Positions 1 to 9,291 are shown, counted from the first letter of the stretch. The stretch: 32,000 bases of DNA from Bacillus subtilis subsp. subtilis str. 168 (GCF_000009045.1 NC_000964.3:300001-332000); one strand, 5' to 3'. Numbers and translations: made by a program. Notes: a model not told the origin generated them from the letters alone.

Positions 1-502
1 CCGTCGCCAGGATTTTTTTGTCTTTTCCGTCAATTTTAAAAGTAACTGATTTTGGCTTTTTATCACCGTAAGATTCCGGCGTATAGTTAAGCTCGTATTG
101 CTTGCCTTTATCTACAACGAAGAAAAGATTTCCTTCAACGGATTTGTCAGCGTTAATCGTGCTGCCCTGAAGCTTTTCGCTATAGTCTTCAGGGTCTGTG
201 TCAGACATTTTGGTATCACCTTGATACAATGTGAAATCCATACTGTCTACATTCAGCGGGTCTTTTCCTGTGTTTTTCACCGCGACATTGACTTTTAACA
301 CAAGCTGGTCATCTGAAGTGGACTTATCATATTTAGACGGAAGTGTGTAAGAGACATCCTTGATTTTGACTTGAGCTATATCTGAGCTTTTTTCTGTTTC
401 TGATTCTTTCTTCTCCGCGCTTGTTTTGCTGCCGGAACAAGCAGCTGTAAACATCATCAGCAGAAGAATTAGGAAAACAGCGTACGTTTTTTTCTGAAAC
501 AT
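1..502 (-). CDS. ycdA: Putative lipoprotein YcdA, partial (C-terminus beyond the left edge)
   Basis: Minus strand reads MFQKKTYAVFLILLLMMFTAACSG..., a lipoprotein signal peptide with lipobox TAAC and a GAGGAGG SD before the ATG at 502-500. The frame stays open to base 1. It is absent from the ORF track because it is truncated. Confidence 0.9.
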   Translation of the reverse strand, partial: MFQKKTYAVFLILLLMMFTAACSGSKTSAEKKESETEKSSDIAQVKIKDVSYTLPSKYDKSTSDDQLVLKVNVAVKNTGKDPLNVDSMDFTLYQGDTKMSDTDPEDYSEKLQGSTINADKSVEGNLFFVVDKGKQYELNYTPESYGDKKPKSVTFKIDGKDKKILAT

Positions 503-829
503 TCATTTTTCCTCCTCAAATGGTTTAGGAAAGGGGAGTCTTTTGTCTTTGAGAAATGGATCTTTTTGAATGGATTAGCATCATATAACCAAAAAAATCA
601 GTTCTTTTCTCACGGTTTTCACCGGATTTTCTGGAAACTCCGCCCTCCTTTGTCATGAATGGACCTATAAAAAGTTACAACGGAATTAATTTTAAGATTA
701 TTAGCTTTTATATTGAATAGGTTCATCATCCTATTTTTGGTGAAAAATGTTCTGGTAAAACTGGTAAACTCAGAAAACTGTGTATTTTAGACTATTACTT
801 TTTGATTAGTTGGAGGGAACTTAAGAAGG

Positions 830-2248
830 ATGAAAGGGGCCGCCTTTGTGAAGAAAGAGGGACTGAAACAAAAAGCACTGGAAATCGGCCGGGTGCCGAC
901 ACACTTAAAACTGGAAATTGAAGATTATGGCGGTGATGATAAAAGAGCTCATTTTTGTTGGGCAGATCCTCAGGATGAGAATACCGGCATTATCGTGGAG
1001 CTTGGACCGGACGGAGAGCTGGAATCCCTTTCCCGTGATATTGAGCCTGAAAGCGGAGAAAGGCTGTCTGAGGAGAAACTAGAGGATATCATGCGCCAAT
1101 TTGTCGAGACTCATCATCCGGGGGCACTCTCTGCCTTTGTTCGTGAAGAAAATGACCGTGCATACGGCGATAAAGTGAGATTTTCATATGTTCAAATGGA
1201 GGCTGGGCTTCCTCTCCCCATGAGCGGATTTATGGCTGATGTTTCCTTATCAGGTGAGATTGTTTACTTCCGTTATTACGGCGAAGCGGGCAGCATCATC
1301 AAGCCAAAGCGGGTCGCGGATGTTGAAGAGGCACTTGCCTTTATCAAGAAGGACGTGGAGTTCGACCTTTTGTTTGAGGTTCTCCATCGTTCTGTTTACA
1401 AAAACGGAGATGATCAGCCGCATTTGGTGTACGAGCCTGAAGGTAGGGCGATTACCGTACCTGCGGATTTGGTTCAAGAAGAACAAGCAGTTGATGATGA
1501 CGATGATTACAGGGAGCCGGAGAGCTTTCCTCTCCCTTTATTCGAGGGCATCCGCGAAAAGGCCGATCCTGACAGCATGATTGGTATTGAAAATGGGTTT
1601 GTCAAAGAGCGGGAAGCGGATTTGGGAGATGGGAGAATTGGAATCGTTTGGCGGAATCCGGATGACCCTGTGTATCAGCCGGCGGATAAAAGCATGGACA
1701 GCTGGTTTAAGGGACGGACTCATCAAGTGCTGAAAACCATCTATAACAAAGAAACCGGAAAACTCGAAGGCGTCATGTCATTTATGGAGAAAAAAGGGCC
1801 GCTGACAGTAACCTTGGCAGAGTGTGAAAAAATCGCGCTTCGCTTTCTATTTGCTTTATTTCCGAATGCCGATCAATATTTTAGGATCAGATACGACGAA
1901 AAAGATGAAGAAGAAAACGCAGTCGCTGGTTTTACGTTTGAAGCGCATTGTCACGGAGTTCCGCTCCGATTTGGGCAGATCAGAATTTGTGTCAGCCGCC
2001 AGACAGGGTATATCACCGTTTATATGGGACCGGATATTGACCCAAATAAGCTGGCAACCATTGATCCTGTGCCGGCTATTTCAGTTGAACAAGCCAAGTC
2101 TATCTTTTGGCAGCATTTTAAAGTTGAGCTTGGCTGGGAAAGAGAGTACGGGGATGATGAAGAACACAGCTACCGGCTCGTCTATAAGCCGGTGTATCCG
2201 CATTTTATCGATGCACATACAGGGGAGCCTGTCTTCAGCATATGGTGA
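830..2248 (+). CDS. ycdB: YcdB, YcdB/YcdC-repeat-domain protein of unknown function (true start may be GTG 848)
   Basis: 472 aa ORF with strong similarity to the adjacent ORF (VPTHLKLEIEDYG, GLPLPMSGFM, GYITVYMGPDIDP). AAAGGGG lies 8 nt upstream of an in-frame GTG at 848. Confidence 0.88.
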   Translation: MKGAAFVKKEGLKQKALEIGRVPTHLKLEIEDYGGDDKRAHFCWADPQDENTGIIVELGPDGELESLSRDIEPESGERLSEEKLEDIMRQFVETHHPGALSAFVREENDRAYGDKVRFSYVQMEAGLPLPMSGFMADVSLSGEIVYFRYYGEAGSIIKPKRVADVEEALAFIKKDVEFDLLFEVLHRSVYKNGDDQPHLVYEPEGRAITVPADLVQEEQAVDDDDDYREPESFPLPLFEGIREKADPDSMIGIENGFVKEREADLGDGRIGIVWRNPDDPVYQPADKSMDSWFKGRTHQVLKTIYNKETGKLEGVMSFMEKKGPLTVTLAECEKIALRFLFALFPNADQYFRIRYDEKDEEENAVAGFTFEAHCHGVPLRFGQIRICVSRQTGYITVYMGPDIDPNKLATIDPVPAISVEQAKSIFWQHFKVELGWEREYGDDEEHSYRLVYKPVYPHFIDAHTGEPVFSIW

Positions 2249-2340
2249 AACAGCCAAAAGTCACGCAATTGCCTCAGATATAGAAGAGAGTATGTGATGA
2301 AAGTAACAGAAAGAATCTCAAAAAACAATGACAATAATAG

Positions 2341-2381
2341 AAAAGGACCTTTCTTCACTTTAAATGAAGAAAGGTCTTTTT
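2341..2381 (+). terminator. Rho-independent terminator downstream of ycdB
   Basis: AAAAGGACCTTTCTTC-acttTAAAT-GAAGAAAGGTCTTTTT: 16-bp arms with one mismatch or wobble, ending in a T tract. Confidence 0.85.
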
Positions 2382-2425
2382 ATATAATAAACAGGATTCT
2401 CTTTGTCGTAGACTCTTTGAAAGGG

Positions 2426-3796
2426 ATGACTTCATTGGTTAATAAACAGCTGAAAAAGAAGGCGCAGGAGATCGGAAATGTACCGACGCATTATGAGCTT
2501 GAGATAGAAGATTACGACCAAAAGCAAAAGAAGTACGGGCAGGCATATTTTATCTGGAAGGACCCTAAAGATCCGGAAAAGCACATTACAGTTGAACTTA
2601 GAAATGACGGCGCCTTGCTCACCTTTTCAACAACTGTCCACTCCGAGACAGACAAAAAACTTCCAGATGCCGAGCTGAAGCTGACGGCTCTTCAGTTTGC
2701 CGCTGCCAATCATCCCGGCACATTTATGAATTTTCATTTTCAAGGCAAGGAAGAAAGGGGGCAGCACATCCGGTTTGTCTATACCAAAATGGAGCTGGGG
2801 CTTCCGATTCCCAATTCAGGCTTTTTAATTGATATGACACGAAGCGGTCAGATTGTCCACTTTCTATATTACGGGGAAGGGCATAAAGCCGAAGTTCCGA
2901 CGGAATTTGTAGCAAAAGAGAAGGTTGTATCCCATTACTTAAACACAATGTCTTTTGAGCTGATGTACGATGTCATTGATGGCGAACAGGAACCAAGGCT
3001 TGTATATGAACCGATTCTACCGGGATACAGCTATCCCGCAGATGTAGACGAAATTGTGCCCGACCAGCATATCGCAGATGAAAGAATAGAAAACACGGCG
3101 CCACTGCCGCCGCTTCAGAACAAGGAAGAAGTTGATATATTTGCCTTGCTGGGTTTTACCTCTGATATGCAGAAAGTCAGTGAAAGAGACTTTGGAGAAC
3201 AAATTGGAAGCACGTGGCGCAGGGGCGCTGCGCCGGAGCGTAAGGATTTAAGCATAGGAAGCTATTTTGAAACGAGAAATAAAAATACAATCAAAATGAA
3301 GACGGATAAAAGAACCGGAAAATTAAAAGCAGCGCTTTCTTTTATGGACTGGCGGAACAACCTCCAATGCTCCACGGAAGAATGCCAAGAGATAGCGCTT
3401 CAATTTTTGTATGCCCTCTATCCGAGAGCGGCTGAGTTTTTCAGGGTGAATCCCGTCCGAATTGATGAAAGAGGGAGAGTCCGCAACCATTTTTCTGTCT
3501 GGTATAAAGGAGTGCCGCTGCGGTTCGGCGCTGCCCGCATCATTGTCAATCCGGAAACTGGGTTGATTGACGCTTTTATGGCGCCTGATATTGAACCTGA
3601 ACAATTGGAAGCGATAAATCACAGGCCGGATGTTTCCGCTGAAGAAGCGAAAGAAGCATTTTTAGCCGCTTTTGATGTGAAACTGGAATGGCAGCCTGAT
3701 TTTACAGCAGGCAGTGACCAGCACTGCAAACTTGTCTATAAGCCGGTTTACCCTTCCTATATTGATGCGCACATAAGGAAAAAGAAAAGGCTGTGA
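2426..3796 (+). CDS. ycdC: YcdC, paralogue of YcdB (TTG 2435 is an alternative start; the track start at 2294 is too long)
   Basis: ORF 2294..3796 with homology to YcdB beginning around VNKQLKKKAQEIG. GAAAGGG SD-like sequence at 2419-2425 suits TTG 2435. The proposed extension runs through a terminator hairpin. Confidence 0.85.
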   Translation: MTSLVNKQLKKKAQEIGNVPTHYELEIEDYDQKQKKYGQAYFIWKDPKDPEKHITVELRNDGALLTFSTTVHSETDKKLPDAELKLTALQFAAANHPGTFMNFHFQGKEERGQHIRFVYTKMELGLPIPNSGFLIDMTRSGQIVHFLYYGEGHKAEVPTEFVAKEKVVSHYLNTMSFELMYDVIDGEQEPRLVYEPILPGYSYPADVDEIVPDQHIADERIENTAPLPPLQNKEEVDIFALLGFTSDMQKVSERDFGEQIGSTWRRGAAPERKDLSIGSYFETRNKNTIKMKTDKRTGKLKAALSFMDWRNNLQCSTEECQEIALQFLYALYPRAAEFFRVNPVRIDERGRVRNHFSVWYKGVPLRFGAARIIVNPETGLIDAFMAPDIEPEQLEAINHRPDVSAEEAKEAFLAAFDVKLEWQPDFTAGSDQHCKLVYKPVYPSYIDAHIRKKKRL

Positions 3797-3803
3797 GGGG
3801 TGT

Positions 3804-4307
3804 CTAGTTAGGAATCATCTCCAAGTGGGGGTAGTCCTTGAATCGTTTCCAATCCCCGCCCCATTCGAAACCGAGTGTCTTAGCGATCTCGACAACCTCC
3901 AGCCAATCTGATTTTCCGTTTTGATTGCCGTCATATTCCATATCCCATATGATGCTGCCATCCTTTTTTTGAAGGGCGAAATCAATCGCTAAACCATAGT
4001 TATGATACGATTCCCCTCCTCTTGCATAGGTGACAATATTCCCTTTTTTTGTACGTCCCTGTTTATATAATTCATCTTGTTCCTTAAAGGACCTGAATCC
4101 TTCAGTAATGACGACGTCAATGCCTTTATTCGCTGCAGCGGCTTTGAGTGCATCGGCATTCTGCTTCACAATCGGATGAAGATCCGAGGGGACAGGCATG
4201 TCCTGCAAGGCGTTTTGAGAATGCCATTCATGCCGAATATAACTAAAACAAAGATCTAGAAGAAATAGAATACATAAGATAACAAATGTTTTTGCGGGTA
4301 AGTTCAT
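3804..4307 (-). CDS. cwlK: CwlK, peptidoglycan L-alanyl-D-glutamate endopeptidase (VanY/D-Ala-D-Ala carboxypeptidase-like fold)
   Basis: 167 aa with N-terminal signal/anchor and family motifs EGFRSFKEQDELYKQGR, SYHNYGLAIDFAL and HLEM. Confidence 0.92.
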   Translation of the reverse strand: MNLPAKTFVILCILFLLDLCFSYIRHEWHSQNALQDMPVPSDLHPIVKQNADALKAAAANKGIDVVITEGFRSFKEQDELYKQGRTKKGNIVTYARGGESYHNYGLAIDFALQKKDGSIIWDMEYDGNQNGKSDWLEVVEIAKTLGFEWGGDWKRFKDYPHLEMIPN

Positions 4308-4429
4308 ATCGGTCTCACTTTCTCAAGATGTGCTGAATGTTAACGCTTTTAAGTGATTGACTCTCTCTAAAAGCGAACAGCTATGATAAAATATAACATA
4401 AATAGTAGCAGGAGGAAGGAGGCAGACCG

Positions 4430-5551
4430 ATGAGAGCAAAGATTCCATCAGAAGAAGTAGCAGTAAAGCTGAATGAATGGTACAAGCTCATTCGCGCATT
4501 TGAAGCAGATCAAGCAGAAGCGTTAAAGCAGGAGATTGAATATGATTTAGAAGATATGGAAGAGAATCAGGACTTGCTTTTATATTTTTCTTTGATGGAA
4601 TTCCGGCATCGAATCATGCTTGATAAGCTGATGCCGGTGAAAGACAGCGATACCAAGCCTCCGTTCTCTGATATGCTGAACGAAATTGAAAGCAATCAGC
4701 AAAAACTCACGGGCTTACTGGAATACTACTTTTATTATTTCAGAGGAATGTACGAATTCAAGCAGAAAAATTTCATATTAGCGATTGACCATTATAAACA
4801 TGCCGAGGAAAAGCTCGAGTATGTCGAGGATGAGATCGAAAAAGCTGAGTTTCTTTTTAAAGTCGCAGAAGTGTATTATCACATCAAACAAACGTATTTT
4901 TCCATGAATTATGCGAGCCAGGCGCTTGATATCTATACGAAATATGAACTGTACGGTCGCCGCCGGGTTCAGTGTGAATTTATCATCGCCGGAAATTTGA
5001 CCGATGTGTATCATCATGAAAAAGCACTGACCCACTTGTGCAGCGCTTTAGAACATGCCAGGCAGCTTGAAGAAGCGTACATGATCGCTGCTGCCTATTA
5101 TAATGTCGGACACTGTAAGTACAGTCTGGGTGATTACAAAGAAGCGGAGGGCTATTTCAAAACAGCCGCCGCCATTTTTGAGGAGCACAACTTTCAGCAA
5201 GCTGTTCAAGCTGTATTTTCACTGACCCATATCTACTGTAAAGAGGGAAAATACGACAAGGCAGTAGAGGCTTATGACCGCGGGATAAAGAGCGCGGCTG
5301 AATGGGAGGATGACATGTACTTGACGAAATTCCGCCTCATTCATGAGCTGTATCTTGGAAGCGGCGACCTGAACGTGCTTACAGAATGCTTTGACCTGCT
5401 GGAATCCAGGCAGCTTCTTGCTGACGCCGAAGATCTGCTGCATGATACAGCGGAACGTTTCAATCAGTTGGAACATTACGAGTCCGCCGCTTTCTTTTAC
5501 CGCAGGCTGATGAATATTAAAAAGAAGCTTGCCGAGCAGCGTTTTCAATAG
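4430..5551 (+). CDS. rapJ: RapJ, Rap-family TPR response-regulator aspartate phosphatase
   Basis: 373 aa Rap-type ORF starting MRAKIPSEEVAVKLNEWYKLIRAFEADQAE with TPR repeats. SD is AGGAGG. Confidence 0.93.
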   Translation: MRAKIPSEEVAVKLNEWYKLIRAFEADQAEALKQEIEYDLEDMEENQDLLLYFSLMEFRHRIMLDKLMPVKDSDTKPPFSDMLNEIESNQQKLTGLLEYYFYYFRGMYEFKQKNFILAIDHYKHAEEKLEYVEDEIEKAEFLFKVAEVYYHIKQTYFSMNYASQALDIYTKYELYGRRRVQCEFIIAGNLTDVYHHEKALTHLCSALEHARQLEEAYMIAAAYYNVGHCKYSLGDYKEAEGYFKTAAAIFEEHNFQQAVQAVFSLTHIYCKEGKYDKAVEAYDRGIKSAAEWEDDMYLTKFRLIHELYLGSGDLNVLTECFDLLESRQLLADAEDLLHDTAERFNQLEHYESAAFFYRRLMNIKKKLAEQRFQ

Positions 5552-5557
5552 GAAATG

Positions 5558-5587
5558 GCAGAGAACTACAGGTTCTCTGCTTTTTTT
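5558..5587 (+). terminator. Rho-independent terminator of rapJ
   Basis: GCAGAGAAC-tacag-GTTCTCTGC-TTTTTTT, a perfect 9-bp stem. Confidence 0.93.
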
Positions 5588-5592
5588 GTGCT

Positions 5593-5618
5593 GTTTTCAA
5601 CTCGGAAAAACAGGGTAT
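5593..5618 (+). promoter_or_regulatory. Candidate SigB-type promoter for ycdF-ycdG
   Basis: GTTTTC-N14-GGGTAT, close to the SigB consensus GTTTAA-N12-14-GGGTAT, 40 nt upstream of ycdF. Confidence 0.7.
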
Positions 5619-5657
5619 TTTCCACTGCATAGTGAGAAACAGAGGAGGATATCAAGT

Positions 5658-6434
5658 ATGTACAAAGATTTAACCGGAAAAACAGCGATTGTGACAGGGT
5701 CTTCAAAAGGAATCGGGAAAGCCATTGCGGAACGGTTCGGAAAGGAGAAAATGAATGTTGTTGTAAATTACCACAGCGACCCGTCTGGAGCAGATGAAAC
5801 TCTGGAAATCATTAAGCAGAACGGAGGGAAAGCCGTCTCAGTTGAGGCGGACGTGTCAAAAGAAGAGGGGATTCAGGCGCTCTTGGACACAGCTTTAGAG
5901 CATTTCGGCACGCTCGATGTGATGGTAAACAACTCCGGTTTTAACGGCGTTGAGGCGATGCCGCATGAGATGAGTCTTGAAGATTGGCAGAGAGTGATTG
6001 ATGTCAATGTTACCGGAACCTTTCTGGGAGCGAAAGCAGCACTTAACCACATGATGAAAAACAATATCAAGGGCAATGTGCTGAATATCTCAAGTGTTCA
6101 TCAGCAGATTCCGCGCCCTGTAAACGTTCAGTATTCCACATCCAAAGGCGGCATCAAGATGATGACGGAAACGCTGGCGCTCAATTATGCGGATAAGGGA
6201 ATCCGCGTCAATGCGATAGCGCCCGGCACCATTGCCACAGAATCAAATGTTGATACGAAAAAGGAAGAGAGCAGGCAAAAACAATTGAAAAAAATCCCGA
6301 TGAAAGCCTTCGGAAAGCCTGAAGAAGTGGCGGCAGCAGCAGCTTGGCTCGTATCTGAGGAAGCAAGCTATGTGACCGGCGCAACACTTTTCGTCGACGG
6401 CGGAATGACACTTTATCCATCTCAGCTTGAATAG
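5658..6434 (+). CDS. ycdF: YcdF, glucose 1-dehydrogenase-like short-chain dehydrogenase/reductase
   Basis: MYKDLTGKTAIVTGSSKGIGKAI with the TGxxxGIG cofactor motif and the YSTSKG catalytic motif. SD AGAGGAGG precedes ATG 5658. The track start at 5529 lies inside the rapJ end and terminator. Confidence 0.93.
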   Translation: MYKDLTGKTAIVTGSSKGIGKAIAERFGKEKMNVVVNYHSDPSGADETLEIIKQNGGKAVSVEADVSKEEGIQALLDTALEHFGTLDVMVNNSGFNGVEAMPHEMSLEDWQRVIDVNVTGTFLGAKAALNHMMKNNIKGNVLNISSVHQQIPRPVNVQYSTSKGGIKMMTETLALNYADKGIRVNAIAPGTIATESNVDTKKEESRQKQLKKIPMKAFGKPEEVAAAAAWLVSEEASYVTGATLFVDGGMTLYPSQLE

Positions 6435-6458
6435 AAGACAAAACAGGGGGATTGCGGG

Positions 6459-8144
6459 ATGAAAACAGACTGGTGGAAGGATGCAGTGGTGTACCAAATT
6501 TACCCGAGAAGCTTTCAGGACAGCAATGGAGACGGAATTGGGGACTTGCGGGGGATTATTTCCCGTCTTGACTACATAAAGGAGCTCGGGGCAGATGTGA
6601 TTTGGATTTGCCCGATCTATCCTTCTCCGAATGTTGATTACGGCTATGATGTGACAAACCATAAGGCGATTATGGATTCTTACGGAACAATGGACGATTT
6701 TCACGAGCTGCTGGACCAGGTGCATCAGCGGGGATTAAAGCTGGTGATGGACTTTGTGTTAAATCACACCTCGGTCGAGCATCCGTGGTTTAAAGAAGCG
6801 GAGCTGGACAAAAACAGCAAATACCGTAGCTATTATTATTGGCGTCCCGGCACAAAGAACGGCCCGCCGACGGACTGGCTCTCAAACTATGGATGCCCGG
6901 TCTGGCAATACGAAGAGCACACCGGAGAATACTATCTCCATATGAATGCCGTCAAACAAGCTGATTTAAACTGGGAAAATCCCGAAGTTCGCCAGGCGGT
7001 GTATGACATGATGAAATTTTGGCTCGATAAAGGGGTCGACGGTTTGCGAATTGATCAGCTCCATCTCATTTCTAAGAAAGAATATCTTCCTTCGTATGAG
7101 GACTATATCAATCAGCAGGCAGAGCCGAAGCCCTTTCAGCCAAATGGCGAACGAATCCATGACTATTTAAAAGAAATCACAGATGAAGTGTTTTCTCATT
7201 ATGATGTCATGTCTGTCGGAGAGGTCGGCAGTGTCACACCGGAAGAAGGCCTGAAATATACGGGAACAGATAAGCATGAGCTGAATATGATTTTTCACTT
7301 TCAGCATATGGAGCTTGATCAGCAGCCCGGAAAAGAACATTGGGATTTGAAGCCCCTTGAGCTTTCTGATTTAAAATCGGTTTTGACAAAATGGCAAAAG
7401 AAGCTTGAACATCAAGGCTGGAATACATTGTTTTGGTGCAACCACGACCAGCCCCGGATTGTGTCCAGATTCGGAGACGATGGGGAATACCGCAAAGCAT
7501 CAGCGAAAATGCTGGCAGCCGTAATTTATTTTATGAAGGGCACGCCGTATATTTATCAGGGAGAAGAAATCGGGATGACAAACGCGCCGTTCACCCGGAT
7601 TGAAGACTACAAAGATATCCAAACGATCAATATGTATCATAAACGGGTGTTTGAAAAAGGCTATGATCCAAATGATGTGATGAGATCGATCTTAGCCAAA
7701 AGCCGGGATCACGCCCGGACCCCGATGCAGTGGAACAGCGGCAAAAATGCCGGATTTACTGACGGCACGCCTTGGCTGAAGGTCAATCCGAACTTCACCG
7801 CAATCAATGTGGAGGAAGCGCAGGGAGATCCTGATTCTGTCTTAAACTATTACAAAAAGCTGATCAGCCTGAGAAAGCAGTACGCTGACCTCATGAAAGG
7901 GAGCTTTGATCTTTTGCTTCCGGACGATCCGCAGTTGTTTGTATACATGAGAGAAAACAGTAAACAACAGCTTTTGTCGGTCAATAATTTTTCAAAAGAG
8001 CAGGCTGTTTTTCAGTGGCCTAAGAACTGCGGCAAAGCTCAGGCCTCACTGCTTCTCAGCAATTATAACAACGATGATCTTGATGACGAAATGGTGTTCC
8101 GGCCTTATGAGAGCAGGGTCTATCTTCTGGACAAAACAAACTAA
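6459..8144 (+). CDS. ycdG: YcdG, oligo-1,6-glucosidase / GH13 alpha-glucosidase
   Basis: 561 aa; GH13 motifs DFVLNHTS, GLRIDQ, EVGSV (EVG nucleophile/acid region) and NHDQPR. Only 24 nt downstream of ycdF. Confidence 0.95.
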   Translation: MKTDWWKDAVVYQIYPRSFQDSNGDGIGDLRGIISRLDYIKELGADVIWICPIYPSPNVDYGYDVTNHKAIMDSYGTMDDFHELLDQVHQRGLKLVMDFVLNHTSVEHPWFKEAELDKNSKYRSYYYWRPGTKNGPPTDWLSNYGCPVWQYEEHTGEYYLHMNAVKQADLNWENPEVRQAVYDMMKFWLDKGVDGLRIDQLHLISKKEYLPSYEDYINQQAEPKPFQPNGERIHDYLKEITDEVFSHYDVMSVGEVGSVTPEEGLKYTGTDKHELNMIFHFQHMELDQQPGKEHWDLKPLELSDLKSVLTKWQKKLEHQGWNTLFWCNHDQPRIVSRFGDDGEYRKASAKMLAAVIYFMKGTPYIYQGEEIGMTNAPFTRIEDYKDIQTINMYHKRVFEKGYDPNDVMRSILAKSRDHARTPMQWNSGKNAGFTDGTPWLKVNPNFTAINVEEAQGDPDSVLNYYKKLISLRKQYADLMKGSFDLLLPDDPQLFVYMRENSKQQLLSVNNFSKEQAVFQWPKNCGKAQASLLLSNYNNDDLDDEMVFRPYESRVYLLDKTN

Positions 8145-8151
8145 TGATTGA

Positions 8152-8182
8152 AGTAGCCCGGCATTTTTAGCCGGGTTTTTTT
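8152..8182 (+). terminator. Rho-independent terminator of ycdG
   Basis: AGCCCGGC-attttt-AGCCGGGTTTTTTT. Confidence 0.85.
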
Positions 8183-8280
8183 AGTACATATATTCGCTCT
8201 GCAGGCGGGAAGAATAAATGAAAATGAAATTTATTCTTGCAAAACGTAATGACTTCGGTTTATTATGATATAGGATTACA

Positions 8281-8301
8281 AAATCGTTATCATTTTGATT
8301 T
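8281..8301 (+). promoter_or_regulatory. Candidate Zur operator upstream of znuA
   Basis: AAATCGTTATCATTTTGATTT, an imperfect palindrome resembling the Bacillus Zur box, about 31 nt upstream of the zinc-binding protein gene. Confidence 0.6.
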
Positions 8302-8331
8302 AAAGTTACTGAAAAAGAGGGGATATACGAT

Positions 8332-9291
8332 ATGTTTAAAAAATGGAGCGGTTTGTTTGTGATTGCAGCGTGCTTTTTATTAGTTGCAGCATGCGGCAAC
8401 TCATCAACAAAAGGGTCGGCGGATTCAAAGGGTGATAAACTGCACGTTGTCACAACGTTCTACCCGATGTATGAATTCACAAAACAAATTGTAAAAGACA
8501 AAGGCGATGTGGATCTGTTAATCCCATCTTCCGTTGAACCGCATGATTGGGAACCGACGCCGAAAGACATTGCCAACATTCAGGATGCTGATTTGTTCGT
8601 TTATAATAGTGAATACATGGAGACATGGGTTCCGTCAGCTGAAAAAAGCATGGGCCAAGGCCATGCCGTTTTCGTTAATGCAAGCAAAGGCATTGATTTA
8701 ATGGAAGGCTCTGAAGAAGAACACGAAGAGCATGATCATGGGGAGCATGAGCACAGTCATGCAATGGACCCTCACGTATGGCTTAGCCCTGTTCTGGCAC
8801 AGAAGGAAGTTAAAAATATTACGGCTCAAATCGTGAAGCAGGACCCGGATAACAAAGAATACTATGAGAAAAATAGTAAAGAATATATTGCAAAACTGCA
8901 GGATCTTGATAAACTATATCGTACAACCGCAAAAAAAGCGGAGAAAAAAGAATTTATCACGCAGCATACAGCTTTTGGCTATCTGGCAAAAGAATACGGC
9001 TTGAAGCAGGTTCCGATTGCAGGGCTTTCACCTGACCAAGAACCGAGCGCAGCCAGCTTGGCAAAGCTGAAAACATATGCCAAAGAACATAATGTAAAAG
9101 TTATTTACTTTGAAGAAATTGCATCCTCAAAGGTCGCAGATACGCTCGCCAGTGAAATCGGCGCGAAGACAGAAGTGCTGAATACACTGGAAGGCTTGAG
9201 CAAAGAAGAACAGGATAAAGGTTTAGGGTATATCGACATTATGAAACAAAACCTCGATGCCCTGAAAGATTCACTATTGGTTAAATCATAA
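8332..9291 (+). CDS. znuA: ZnuA (YcdH/AdcA), zinc ABC transporter solute-binding lipoprotein
   Basis: 319 aa; lipobox VAAC, cluster A-I family features (TTFYPMYEFTKQ, SSVEPHDWEPTP) and a His-rich loop EEHEEHDHGEHEHSHAMDPHVW. Confidence 0.96.
   Translation: MFKKWSGLFVIAACFLLVAACGNSSTKGSADSKGDKLHVVTTFYPMYEFTKQIVKDKGDVDLLIPSSVEPHDWEPTPKDIANIQDADLFVYNSEYMETWVPSAEKSMGQGHAVFVNASKGIDLMEGSEEEHEEHDHGEHEHSHAMDPHVWLSPVLAQKEVKNITAQIVKQDPDNKEYYEKNSKEYIAKLQDLDKLYRTTAKKAEKKEFITQHTAFGYLAKEYGLKQVPIAGLSPDQEPSAASLAKLKTYAKEHNVKVIYFEEIASSKVADTLASEIGAKTEVLNTLEGLSKEEQDKGLGYIDIMKQNLDALKDSLLVKS

Noticed and set aside
1824-2297. 157 aa plus-strand ORF overlapping ycdB
   Set aside because: Alternate-frame shadow of a strongly supported gene, with no family features.
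5529-5657. 5' extension of the ycdF ORF (MPSSVFNRKWQRTTG...)
   Set aside because: It translates the rapJ end, the rapJ terminator and the candidate SigB promoter. A good SD and homology place the start at 5658.
6243-6725. 160 aa minus-strand ORF antisense to the ycdF/ycdG junction
   Set aside because: Spans two well-supported genes in antisense; low-complexity His/Cys composition typical of shadow ORFs and no SD.
8740-8765. GAGCATGAGCAC-type near-repeats considered as a small tandem repeat
   Set aside because: They encode the His-rich zinc-binding loop of ZnuA, so protein function explains them.
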